Shown: in pieces, positions 27,767-35,821 of the stretch
Layout: each line of letters begins with the position of its first letter
Position numbering within the stretch: the stretch's first letter is position 1
NCBI GenBank assembly: GCA_947453695.1
Contig: CANGHW010000005.1
Location: 43,091 to 107,090 of the forward strand
From: Opitutia bacterium
GTDB taxonomy: Bacteria; Verrucomicrobiota; Verrucomicrobiia; Opitutales; Opitutaceae
Length of the DNA stretch: 64,000 nt
Direction: 5' to 3'
Translations under genes and position numbers: made by a program
Notes under the pieces: generated by a model
The model's database searches: none
What the model saw: the letters and a program-made list of their open reading frames with translations, nothing else
Told to the model about the DNA's origin: nothing

Positions 27767-28351
27767 ATGGAACTCTACTTCATGCGGCACGGCGAAACGG
27801 CGTGGTCACGCACGGGACAACATACGGGAAAAACCGACCTGCCGCTGACCGAGCATGGCGAGACGGAGGCGCGGGCTCTGGCGGGACTGCTGCAGGGCGT
27901 GGAGTTTGATCAGGTTTTCACCAGCCCGCTGCAGCGGGCGGGACGCACGGCGGAACTTGCGGGGCACGCGGGCGCGGTGGTGGAGCCGGATCTCGCGGAG
28001 TGGGACTATGGTGACTACGATGGGCAGCGGCTGGATGAAATCCGCGCGGTGCGGCCGGCGTGGGATATTTACACCGACGGCTGCCCCGGAGGGGAGTCGC
28101 CGGAGGAGATCACCGCGCGGGCGGATCGCCTGATCGCGCGGTGGGCGGCGCTGCCAGGGCGCGTCGGGGCGTTTTCACACGGGCACTTTGGGCGCGTATT
28201 GGCGGTGCGGTGGATCGGACTGCCGCTGGGCCTGGCCAAGCACTTTGCGATCAATACGGCTTCGTATGGCGTCCTCGATCGTGATCCGGGGCGGGGAAAT
28301 CGCGCTCGAATCGTGCAATGGAATATCGCGGCACCGCTGGTGCGGGGGTGA
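27767..28351 (+). CDS. Histidine phosphatase (phosphoglycerate-mutase-like) family protein
   Basis: This is ORF 27683..28351 trimmed to the ATG at 27767 (MELYFMRHGETAWSRTGQHTGKTDLPLTEHG). It has the RHGE catalytic motif and a downstream SHGH. Confidence 0.88.
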   Translation: MELYFMRHGETAWSRTGQHTGKTDLPLTEHGETEARALAGLLQGVEFDQVFTSPLQRAGRTAELAGHAGAVVEPDLAEWDYGDYDGQRLDEIRAVRPAWDIYTDGCPGGESPEEITARADRLIARWAALPGRVGAFSHGHFGRVLAVRWIGLPLGLAKHFAINTASYGVLDRDPGRGNRARIVQWNIAAPLVRG

Positions 28352-28565
28352 GGCGAGTGACAAGAGGGGCGACGAAACGGGGAGTGTTGAACGCGGGAAG
28401 ACGGGTGGATCGGAGGGATTTACCGCTCAACAGACGAAAGACACGAAAGTCGGAACAGGAGGCGGGATCACGGGACCCGTGGAGGGCGTGCAGGAAGGAA
28501 GTGAACGCGGTGACTCAGGCTGGCATTTGGCGGCGCGGTGTGCAGGTTGCGCGACTGCACTGGAT

Positions 28566-28808
28566 ATGAATCCCCACTCTCTCACTCCTCGCGTGCGCGC
28601 TGCGTTGAAGCAGCTGGCGGCTGGTCCGCAGGACATGCGTGACGAAGCACTGCTCAAGCAGATCAACGATGAGATGAAGAAACTTCCGGTGGAGGAAATC
28701 GCCTATGTGCGCGATCGCGTGCGGTTCTCGTGTCCGCCGTGTCCGATGGTGCAGTCGGTGGTCCTGATGCTGGATGGGTTGATCGAGGTGAAGAATCTGA
28801 AGTTCTGA
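28566..28808 (+). CDS. Small hypothetical protein (80 aa, CPPCP motif)
   Basis: This is an internal ATG of ORF 28188..28808, whose upstream part overlaps the phosphatase gene. I recognise no motif and the call is weakly supported. Confidence 0.3.
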   Translation: MNPHSLTPRVRAALKQLAAGPQDMRDEALLKQINDEMKKLPVEEIAYVRDRVRFSCPPCPMVQSVVLMLDGLIEVKNLKF

Positions 28809-28989
28809 GGAAGGCGCGGAGAGCTGAGCGCTAAAAGTTTGGAGCGGAGCGTGCGAAGCTCGCGGCTCGGGCTGTGGTTTGCGTTCGGTGGATGGCGAGT
28901 GCGAGGAGCGGAACAGCGGTGCACTTCCCCGGCCGGCACACGGGATTTGGGCTCGCGAGAGCAGCGAGTGCAGAGGAAGGCTGCGGGCT

Positions 28990-29451
28990 ATGCCACATGT
29001 CCCCGGGTTGCGGAGTTGTTACGCGAAGGTGGGTCGGCTCGTTTATTTCGGGCGGATGCTCGATAAGATTCGGCTCCATGCGGCGGGGCAGTTGCCGCCG
29101 GAGTATCAGAAGAATCTCGGAGACTCACAGGGACCGGTGCTCGACGGGCGGTGCTGTCGCTTCCTCGGCGTGCGTTACGCCGATCTTCGTGAGCGGGTGC
29201 TGGCAGGTGAGTCGGACGAGGCGGTGCTCGCGTGGGCCCACGCGCACGGCACGCCGCGGAGTGATGAGGACTGCCACGTGTGGAATCGATTTCTGCTGAA
29301 GCTCGGCTGGCGCGACGAGCGTTCGGGGGTGTTGCCCCAGCGCATCCTCGACGCGGGGCTGACGGGCAAGCCGATCGACACGATCATCGATCACATCGAA
29401 TACGACGAAGGCCGCGACCCGGTGGGCACCAAGGCGTGGGAGGCGGTGTGA
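28990..29451 (+). CDS. DUF5069-family protein
   Basis: This is ORF 28879..29451 trimmed to the ATG at 28990 (MPHVPGLRSCYAKVGRLVYFGRMLDKIRLHAAGQLP..DGRCCRFLGV), which is the pattern I associate with DUF5069. Confidence 0.75.
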   Translation: MPHVPGLRSCYAKVGRLVYFGRMLDKIRLHAAGQLPPEYQKNLGDSQGPVLDGRCCRFLGVRYADLRERVLAGESDEAVLAWAHAHGTPRSDEDCHVWNRFLLKLGWRDERSGVLPQRILDAGLTGKPIDTIIDHIEYDEGRDPVGTKAWEAV

Positions 29452-29575
29452 GGGGCGGACGGGTTGACCTGGTTCCGCTGTGTGGTGGGGAAATGCCGTA
29501 GAGTGCACGGATGCCGCGGCGACGCGTGACGGGTTCGGCGTGGACAGACGGACGGTAGCGGTGTCGCGTAAGGGG

Positions 29576-30082
29576 ATGACGACTTCGCTGGAAAACTCCG
29601 CTCTTCGCACCGTGCTGGCTGACTTGAGTCGGCCGGACCATCAGGCGGCGGTGCTGGCGATGGTCGATGCCTACTCGCAGGATCCGATGGGTGATGGTGC
29701 ACCGCTTTCCGCCGAGGCGCGCGCCCGGCTTATACCGGGACTGCGGCAACATCCGACCACCCTGGTAATGCTGGCGTTTGCAGGCGAGGTGCCGGTGGGC
29801 GTGGCGGTGTGTTTTCTGGGGTTCTCCACGTTTGCGGCCAAGCCGCTCGTGAATATGCACGATGTGGCCGTCGTGCCCTCGCACCGGGGCCGGGGTGTCG
29901 GACGGGCGCTGCTGGCGGCCGTGGAGGCCAAGGCGCGCGAGCTCGGTTGCTGCAAGCTTACGCTGGAGGTCCTGGATAAAAACGAGCGGGCGTTACGGAC
30001 CTATACGGCGGCCGGCTTCAAGCGCTACGCCCTCCAACCGGGCGCGGGCGAGGCGATCTTTTTGACGAAGTCGCTGGGGTGA
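29576..30082 (+). CDS. GNAT-family N-acetyltransferase
   Basis: This is ORF 29480..30082 trimmed to the ATG at 29576. The acetyl-CoA motif is VVPSHRGRGVGRALLAAVEAKARELGCCKLTLEV. Confidence 0.88.
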   Translation: MTTSLENSALRTVLADLSRPDHQAAVLAMVDAYSQDPMGDGAPLSAEARARLIPGLRQHPTTLVMLAFAGEVPVGVAVCFLGFSTFAAKPLVNMHDVAVVPSHRGRGVGRALLAAVEAKARELGCCKLTLEVLDKNERALRTYTAAGFKRYALQPGAGEAIFLTKSLG

Positions 30083-30140
30083 GAGCGGGGAGGGACCTTG
30101 CCAGCGGGGCAGGCGTGAGTTCCACTCGGCCTGCTTTCCC

Positions 30141-30893
30141 ATGAACCCTTCCCCTGATTCTCCGGCGGCGCGCAATCGCGCTATTTTCCGAGCCCAGACT
30201 TTGATGACACCGGCGCTCGTGCCGTCGATCTCGACCGAGCTGTTGACGACGGCGGACGGCGAACTGAATCGCGAGCTGCATCATTTTCTTTTCGATCGGC
30301 CGTCGAATCCTGCGCTGCTCCGGGGCAAGACGATCGCGATCTGCTGCACGAATGGCGTCGAGGAAGTGGAGATCACGGGCTCGATCCGCTGGCTCACGGA
30401 GCACGGCGCGACGGTGCACGTGGTGTCGCCGCGGGTGGGGGAATTTCATCCGACGCTCGGGCTGCGTTTCCCGGCGCAGTGTGCGACGCACGTGCTGGCG
30501 ATCCGGCTCATGGAGAATGCGGGGTGGATCAAGATCGACCGCTATCTCGACGAGGCGAAAGTGGCCGACTACGAAGCGTGCATATTTCCGGGCGGCTGCT
30601 GGAATCCGGATGCATTGCGCGCTGATCCGCGGGCCCAGGCGTTCGTCCGCGGCATGTGGGAGGCGGGCAAACCGACCTGTGCGATTTGTCACGGCCAGTG
30701 GGTGATGGTGAGTGCGGGGATCTTGAAGGGTAAGCGGGCGACGGCGGTGTGGAATATCCATCCGGACCTCGCCAATGCGGGGGCGACGGTGCTCGACGAG
30801 CCCTGTGTGGTGGATGGCAACCTGATCACTGCGCGGTTTCCCTACGATCTGCCACGGATGATTCACGCGATGGTGAAACAACTCGGCGGATAG
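30141..30893 (+). CDS. DJ-1/PfpI-family protein with an N-terminal extension of about 60 aa
   Basis: It has KTIAICCTNGVEEVE, the nucleophile-elbow block CAICHGQWVMVSAG, and VVDGNLITARFPYDLP. Confidence 0.85.
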   Translation: MNPSPDSPAARNRAIFRAQTLMTPALVPSISTELLTTADGELNRELHHFLFDRPSNPALLRGKTIAICCTNGVEEVEITGSIRWLTEHGATVHVVSPRVGEFHPTLGLRFPAQCATHVLAIRLMENAGWIKIDRYLDEAKVADYEACIFPGGCWNPDALRADPRAQAFVRGMWEAGKPTCAICHGQWVMVSAGILKGKRATAVWNIHPDLANAGATVLDEPCVVDGNLITARFPYDLPRMIHAMVKQLGG

Positions 30894-30993
30894 CGCGGAG
30901 CGCCGAGCGGGCGTCGCAGGTCGCGTCCACCGCGAGAGCCGCGGCGCGCGGCGGCCCGGGGAGGGGCGGGCGCGGGGCGGGAGCGACGGACGG

Positions 30994-31764
30994 CTAGAAC
31001 TTCAGGTGCTTGACCGTGAGGCCCTTGTTCAGGAGCTGTTTCAACGAGGCAATGCCAATCTTGAGGTGATCGTTGACGTAGGCCTCGTCGACCTGCTTGT
31101 CGCTGTCGGCGGTTTTGACGCCGTCGGGCGTCATCGGTTGATCGGAGACGAGGAGGAGCGCGCCGGTAGCGATTTCGTTGTAGAAACCGGTGATGAAAAT
31201 CGTGGCCGTCTCCATATCAATGGCGAGGGCGCGGATCTTCTTGAGGTATTTCTTGAAGGCTTCGTCGTGCTCCCAGACGCGGCGGTTGGTCGTGTAACAT
31301 GTGCCGGTCCAGTAATCGCGGGCGAAATCGCGGATGGTGGTGGAGATGGCCTTTTGGAGGGCGAAGGCCGGGAGCGAAGGGACCTCGGGCGGGAAGTAGT
31401 CGTTGCTCGTGCCCTCGCCGCGGATGGCGGCGATGGGGAGGATGAGGTCACCGAGCTCGGCGCGGTGCTTGAGGCCGCCGCATTTGCCGAGGAATAGGAC
31501 GGCCTTGGGTTTGATGGCGCTGAGCAGGTCCATCACGGTCGCGGCGGTGGCGCTGCCCATGCCGAAGTTGATGATGGTGATGTCGCCGGAGGTGGCGCTC
31601 GGCATCGGCTTGTCTTTGCCGCGGACGGGGACGCGGTGCCACTGGGCGAAGAGGTGGACGTAGCGGTCGAAGTTGGTGAGGAGAATATACTCGCCGAACT
31701 CTTCGAGCGGGACGCCGGTGTAGCGGGGCAGCCAGTTTTCGACGATCTCTTTGCGGGTCTTCAT
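30994..31764 (-). CDS. amn: AMP nucleosidase (short form) / nucleoside phosphorylase-fold protein
   Basis: The 256-aa protein has LTNFDRYV, TIINFGMGSATAATVMDLL, FLGKCGGL and AIDMETA blocks, like the Amn catalytic domain. Confidence 0.8.
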   Translation of the reverse strand: MKTRKEIVENWLPRYTGVPLEEFGEYILLTNFDRYVHLFAQWHRVPVRGKDKPMPSATSGDITIINFGMGSATAATVMDLLSAIKPKAVLFLGKCGGLKHRAELGDLILPIAAIRGEGTSNDYFPPEVPSLPAFALQKAISTTIRDFARDYWTGTCYTTNRRVWEHDEAFKKYLKKIRALAIDMETATIFITGFYNEIATGALLLVSDQPMTPDGVKTADSDKQVDEAYVNDHLKIGIASLKQLLNKGLTVKHLKF

Positions 31765-32020
31765 GGGTAGGAAGAAACCACGAAACGCACCAATTACACG
31801 AAAAAGTTATGACAAAGCGGGAGGGACGAGCGGCTGGGGCGTGCGGGAAGTAAGCGGCAGGAGAGCGCTGCCGCGGGATGCGGAAAAATTTTCCCCCTCG
31901 GTGTTCATCAGTAAGAAGCGAAGAGCTGCGAACGAATTTTTGAAATTTTAATCCCCTGCAGAAAATGGACTAACGTAACTGCATCCACCCGTGGCCTGCG
32001 CATTGCTAAATTGCTCACGC

Positions 32021-32488
32021 ATGCCTGTCGCACCCTGCACTTCCGTCTTGCCCGACCGCACCACCGAGCTGTGGAGCACGATCGAACGGTCGGTCGCCGA
32101 AGCCTGTTTGCTGCGGGCAGAAGGGCGGGCCCCGGAGGCGATCACCATCGTGCAACAAACGTTGCCCGCGCTGATCGCGGAGTGGTCGCGGCGCTCTGGA
32201 ATGTCGTCCGAGCACTGTCAGCGGACGCTACGGGAATTATTTGCCCGGGTGCAGCAACAGGTGAGCACGGCGACGATCTGCAAGCGACTCGTGTTGCAGT
32301 CCATCGCGTCAGGTGACGCGGCCCAGGAGACCACACCCGAGCGTTTTCAAATCCAGCGCCGGGTGCCGCTGCACGATATCCCGGCGATGCTCGACGCCCT
32401 CGATGAAGGCGAGCGCACCGCGCAGTTTCGCCGGCAAAATTTTCCGTCCCGCGCCGTCCGGTTCTCTCCGGCGATGGCGTTGGGCTGA
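32021..32488 (+). CDS. Hypothetical helical protein upstream of the MamK-like gene
   Basis: The ORF track starts at GTG 31991, and the first ATG is at 32021 (MPVAPCTSV..). I recognise no motif. It is on the same strand as the actin-like gene and ends 56 nt before it. Confidence 0.5.
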   Translation: MPVAPCTSVLPDRTTELWSTIERSVAEACLLRAEGRAPEAITIVQQTLPALIAEWSRRSGMSSEHCQRTLRELFARVQQQVSTATICKRLVLQSIASGDAAQETTPERFQIQRRVPLHDIPAMLDALDEGERTAQFRRQNFPSRAVRFSPAMALG

Positions 32489-32544
32489 AGCCACAAAGTC
32501 AGAATCCACCGTCCTCGTAGAATCCACCCATCCACATCCCAGAC

Positions 32545-33678
32545 ATGAAAGCCAACTCCTCCAAGCATGCCGCCGGCAACACTGCCGTGCTCGAAAACGC
32601 CCAGCCACAAACCACCGACACGTTGCTCGTCGGACTCGATTGGGGCACCAATATTTCCAGCGTGTTGGCGTCGCTCCGCGGCACCAACGAAACGCTCACC
32701 AAGGAGCTGATTCCCACCGTGGTTGGCTATGCCAATGACGATGTGTTGCCGGGTGTGCTGCCGGGCGACGCCAAGATCCTCGTCGGTCGCATGGCGCTGA
32801 AGCACAAGAGCAACCTCAAGCTCGTGCGTCCCCTCCAGGGTGGCGTGATCCACGACACCGAGGCGGCCAAGACCTTTGCGCTCAATCTCCGCGATCTTCT
32901 GCCCACGGGTAGCCGCGAGGTGCGGGCCGTGATCGGCATGCCGGCGAGCTCTGATCTCGTGGCTCGGGAAAACGCCCGCAATGCCGTCCGCGGCGTGTTT
33001 CACAAGGTGCTGTTTGTGCCGGAGCCCTTCCTCGCCGCCTTGGGAGTGCGTAACGAGACCCAGCTCAACGATCCGGATTATCAAGACCCGGTGCTCAACT
33101 CCATCTACATTGATATCGGCGCCGGCTCGACCGACGTATGTCTGGTGCAGGGGCACTACCCGACGGTCGACGATCAGCTCAGCGTGCCGTTTGCGGGCGA
33201 TGCGATCGATCAAATCATCCTCGATCGTATCCTGGCGGAGTATCCGGAGTCCGGCCTGACCTTGGCTCGGGTGCGGGAAATCAAGGAGCGCCACTCATGG
33301 GTGCTCGCCGAAGACGGCACCACCCGGGCGATCGCCACGATCATGGTCGGCGGCAAGCCGCGGAAACTGGACGTGACGGCGCAAGTCGGTGCCGGCTGCG
33401 AGGCGCTGCTCCAGAAGACCTTTGAGATGACCCGGGAACTCGTGGGCCGGGCTAATCCGGACACGGTCGCGGAGCTCCTCCGCAATGTGATCGTCACGGG
33501 CGGCGGTAGCCTGATCAAGGGTTTCGGTGTGGCGCTCCAGGCCAAGCTCATCGAAGAGGGCTTCGAGAGCCCGCAGGTCCGCGTGTTGGGTGACAACTAC
33601 AAGGACTACGTGGCAGCCGGCGCACTGAAAGTCGCGCGCATGGCCCGCGAAAACCAATGGCAGACTTTGCTCGGCTGA
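32545..33678 (+). CDS. MamK-family bacterial actin (actin-fold ATPase)
   Basis: Actin-fold motifs are LLVGLDWGTNISS (phosphate 1), IYIDIGAGSTDVC (phosphate 2) and IVTGGGSLIKG (adenosine). The protein is collinear along its full length with MamK as I remember it (VVGY..D, PLQGGV, AVIGMPA, VPEPF, AGDAID, GGKPRKLDVT, GCEALL, AGALKVA). Confidence 0.85.
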   Translation: MKANSSKHAAGNTAVLENAQPQTTDTLLVGLDWGTNISSVLASLRGTNETLTKELIPTVVGYANDDVLPGVLPGDAKILVGRMALKHKSNLKLVRPLQGGVIHDTEAAKTFALNLRDLLPTGSREVRAVIGMPASSDLVARENARNAVRGVFHKVLFVPEPFLAALGVRNETQLNDPDYQDPVLNSIYIDIGAGSTDVCLVQGHYPTVDDQLSVPFAGDAIDQIILDRILAEYPESGLTLARVREIKERHSWVLAEDGTTRAIATIMVGGKPRKLDVTAQVGAGCEALLQKTFEMTRELVGRANPDTVAELLRNVIVTGGGSLIKGFGVALQAKLIEEGFESPQVRVLGDNYKDYVAAGALKVARMARENQWQTLLG

Positions 33679-33706
33679 GAGAGTCCGGGCAGGAAAGTGG
33701 ATTGAA

Positions 33707-33748
33707 GCCCGCGGCCGAACTCCCAGCGAGTTTGGCGGCGGGCTTTTT
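33707..33748 (+). terminator. Rho-independent terminator after the MamK-like gene
   Basis: GCCCGCGGCC (33707-33716) pairs with GGCGGCGGGC (33734-33743) in 9 of 10 positions, followed by TTTTT (33744-33748). Confidence 0.6.
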
Positions 33749-34163
33749 CGTGGCCGGAAGTGGCGACGGAGGACGTCAGGCGAAGCTGGTCGCGGGCGGG
33801 AAAGCGGGTGCGGCGTTGGGCCGCCTCAATCACGCTCATTCGGACGAGGCATAAGGCACAGCGGAGATCCGGAGCCCGGACCCAAAGGACATGGGGCAGG
33901 ACAGGATGACGGAGCGCAACGAGGTGAGGACCTTTGTGAAATGAGGCCGGGGTCTGCGCGTTTCGCGACCGCCGGAATTTTGGCGAACGCTGCGGGTAGA
34001 TAACATCAGCGTTGGGCCGGTCGCCGAGTGAGCGGGCACCGCTGGAAGGCTGAACTCCGAATATTCTCCCCGGGGTGTGAGCGATGGAAGATTCAGTCGG
34101 ATGCGTTCGCGGCTCATCTCCAAGCTCGCACGCGGTAGGGTGGTCGCGTGAGAATTTTCCGAC

Positions 34164-35102
34164 ATGAGTGCAAAACAGCGGTCAATGATAGGCGGCGTGG
34201 CGTGGGCCGCATGGGTGGCGTGGCAGGTGCCGCACCTTCAGCATGCCGTGTGGGCCCTCGCGCTGCTCCTGCTCGCGGCGCTCGTGCTGGTGCCGCTGGC
34301 GCTGGAGCTCACTAATGACGAGGATGACCGCGGCGGGATCGCGGTGCTGGTGGCGTTGACGCGGTTGGGGCAATTGCCCGCGGCCGCGCTGCTCGTCTGG
34401 GCCTGCGGGAAAGTGCCGGGAACGACGGCGGCGTTGCTCTCCCTGCCGTGGGTGGCGATGTGTGGGCTGGTGGCGACGATGGGCTGGCGGCGGGCGCGCA
34501 CCGGTGGGTGGCGGCGGCCGTTTCACCGGCTGTGCGGGGATGCGGGGCAAATTTTTCTCGGGATCGGGGGCGCGTGGATGTTTGCCGATCGGGCGGGGGC
34601 GAGGCCGCTGAACTTCGAGCCGGCGATCGTGACGCTCACGGCGGTGCACTTTCATTTCGCGGGTCTGTTGCTGCCGCTGCTCGCGGGGCGGATCGTGCGG
34701 GCGCTGCCGGAGTCGCGAATGGCGACGCGGGCGGCGGTGGGCGCACTGTTGGGTGTGCCGGCGGTGGCACTGGGCATCACCGCGACGCAACTCGGCTGGG
34801 GCATGGCGCTGGAGCGCGCGGCCGGGTGTGGCCTGGCGCTGGCCGGAATGGCGGTGGGCCTGCTGCATGTGCGGCTGGCGACGGAGCTACGCACGGCGTC
34901 GATGGTGACACGGGCGCTGCTGCTCGGCGCCGGGGTGGCGCTATTTCTCGGGATGGCTCTCGCGGTCGCCTATGCGCTGCGCGGGAGTGTAGCGGCGCTG
35001 GCGTGGCTGGACTGGCCCACGATGCGGGCCGTGCACGGCTCACTCAACGCGCTGGGATTTGGGCTGTGCGGTGTTTGGGCCTGGGGGCGGATGAAGGCAT
35101 GA
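34164..35102 (+). CDS. YndJ-like polytopic membrane protein
   Basis: The 312-aa protein is very G+C-rich and has 8 or more hydrophobic segments. The TAVHFHFAGLLLP and MRAVHGSLNALGFGL blocks recall the YndJ family. This rests on memory only. Confidence 0.65.
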   Translation: MSAKQRSMIGGVAWAAWVAWQVPHLQHAVWALALLLLAALVLVPLALELTNDEDDRGGIAVLVALTRLGQLPAAALLVWACGKVPGTTAALLSLPWVAMCGLVATMGWRRARTGGWRRPFHRLCGDAGQIFLGIGGAWMFADRAGARPLNFEPAIVTLTAVHFHFAGLLLPLLAGRIVRALPESRMATRAAVGALLGVPAVALGITATQLGWGMALERAAGCGLALAGMAVGLLHVRLATELRTASMVTRALLLGAGVALFLGMALAVAYALRGSVAALAWLDWPTMRAVHGSLNALGFGLCGVWAWGRMKA

Positions 35103-35806
35103 AGGACTCACTCCTCGAGTTTTCTCCGGGCTATGTCTCCGGATTGTTTGATCGGATGTCCGCCACTTACGGAAAGGTAAATTTGGTTTCCTCGTTTGGT
35201 TTTGCTCATTTTTGGCGGGCGACATGTCTCAAGTCCTTGGCTGTGGAGCCGAGGCATAAATGTGCCGATCTGATGTGCGGTATGGCGGAAATGACGACGT
35301 TACTGAAACAGGTGAACGGAGTCAGCGTGGATGCCTTCGATTTTAGCGCGGGAATGTGTGAGGGCGCAAAAAGGGCAGTCGCAAGGAATGGCTGGAACGA
35401 TGTTACAATCAGTCAGGGAGATGTGCTTTTGCTGCCTTCGGATGCGCGTTACGACCGCGTAGCAGTTACCTTTGGACTGAAGACCTTGGCGCCAGATCAA
35501 CTGAACCGGTTTGCTCAAATTCTCTTTGGAATCCTCGCAACAGAAGGGAAGGTCTCGCTGGTTGAGATTTATGTTCCGCGAGCGCGACTACTTCGTTTGC
35601 CCTACCTGTTTTACCTGCGTTGGATAATTCCGGCTGTTGGCCGGTTGTTCTTAGGTAATCCGGACTGCTATCGGTCTCTTGCCGTCTACACCGAGAATTT
35701 TGCCCGCACCGAAAACTTCGCGGCAATGCTTAAATCGGTAGGGTTTACTGTTTCTACCCGGCCGCTCTTCTATGGCTGCGCCAAACTCTATCTCGCCGAA
35801 AAGTGA
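35099..35806 (+). CDS. Class I SAM-dependent methyltransferase (UbiE/MenG-like)
   Basis: This is an internal ATG of ORF 34448..35806 at 35099, overlapping the yndJ-like stop (ATGA). It has YD/FDRMSATYGKVN-type N-terminal and DLMCGMAE motif-I-like blocks. The DNA is visibly lower in G+C than its upstream neighbour. Confidence 0.8.
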   Translation: MKDSLLEFSPGYVSGLFDRMSATYGKVNLVSSFGFAHFWRATCLKSLAVEPRHKCADLMCGMAEMTTLLKQVNGVSVDAFDFSAGMCEGAKRAVARNGWNDVTISQGDVLLLPSDARYDRVAVTFGLKTLAPDQLNRFAQILFGILATEGKVSLVEIYVPRARLLRLPYLFYLRWIIPAVGRLFLGNPDCYRSLAVYTENFARTENFAAMLKSVGFTVSTRPLFYGCAKLYLAEK

Positions 35807-35821
35807 GCGTGAGACACCTTC

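Noticed and set aside
31765-32020. Promoter or operator calls in the amn / hypothetical divergent spacer (TTGAAA hexamer near 31944, palindrome GGAAAAATTTTCC at 31882..31894, hairpin GCGGCAG-N7-CTGCCGC at 31854..31874)
   Set aside because: There is no matching -10 element at proper spacing, and the promoter consensus for this phylum is unknown. The elements are real in the sequence, but I cannot support a functional assignment.
32545-33678. Magnetosome island
   Set aside because: Only the MamK-like gene is present. There are no mamA/B/E/I/J/L/M/O/P/Q or mms-type genes, no cation-diffusion-facilitator gene, and no PDZ/protease genes nearby.
33836-34165. 109-aa minus-strand ORF
   Set aside because: Its R/S/P/T-rich composition is typical of non-coding frames. 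It overlaps the yndJ-like start and has no motif.
34448-35098. Upstream 217 codons of ORF 34448..35806. The same applies to 55238..55816 of ORF 54455..55816, 20282..20620 of ORF 17723..20620, and 25425..25625 of ORF 24570..25625.
   Set aside because: These extensions overlap well-supported neighbouring genes in another frame and translate to R/G/A/P-rich sequence. The recognisable domains begin at the trimmed starts.
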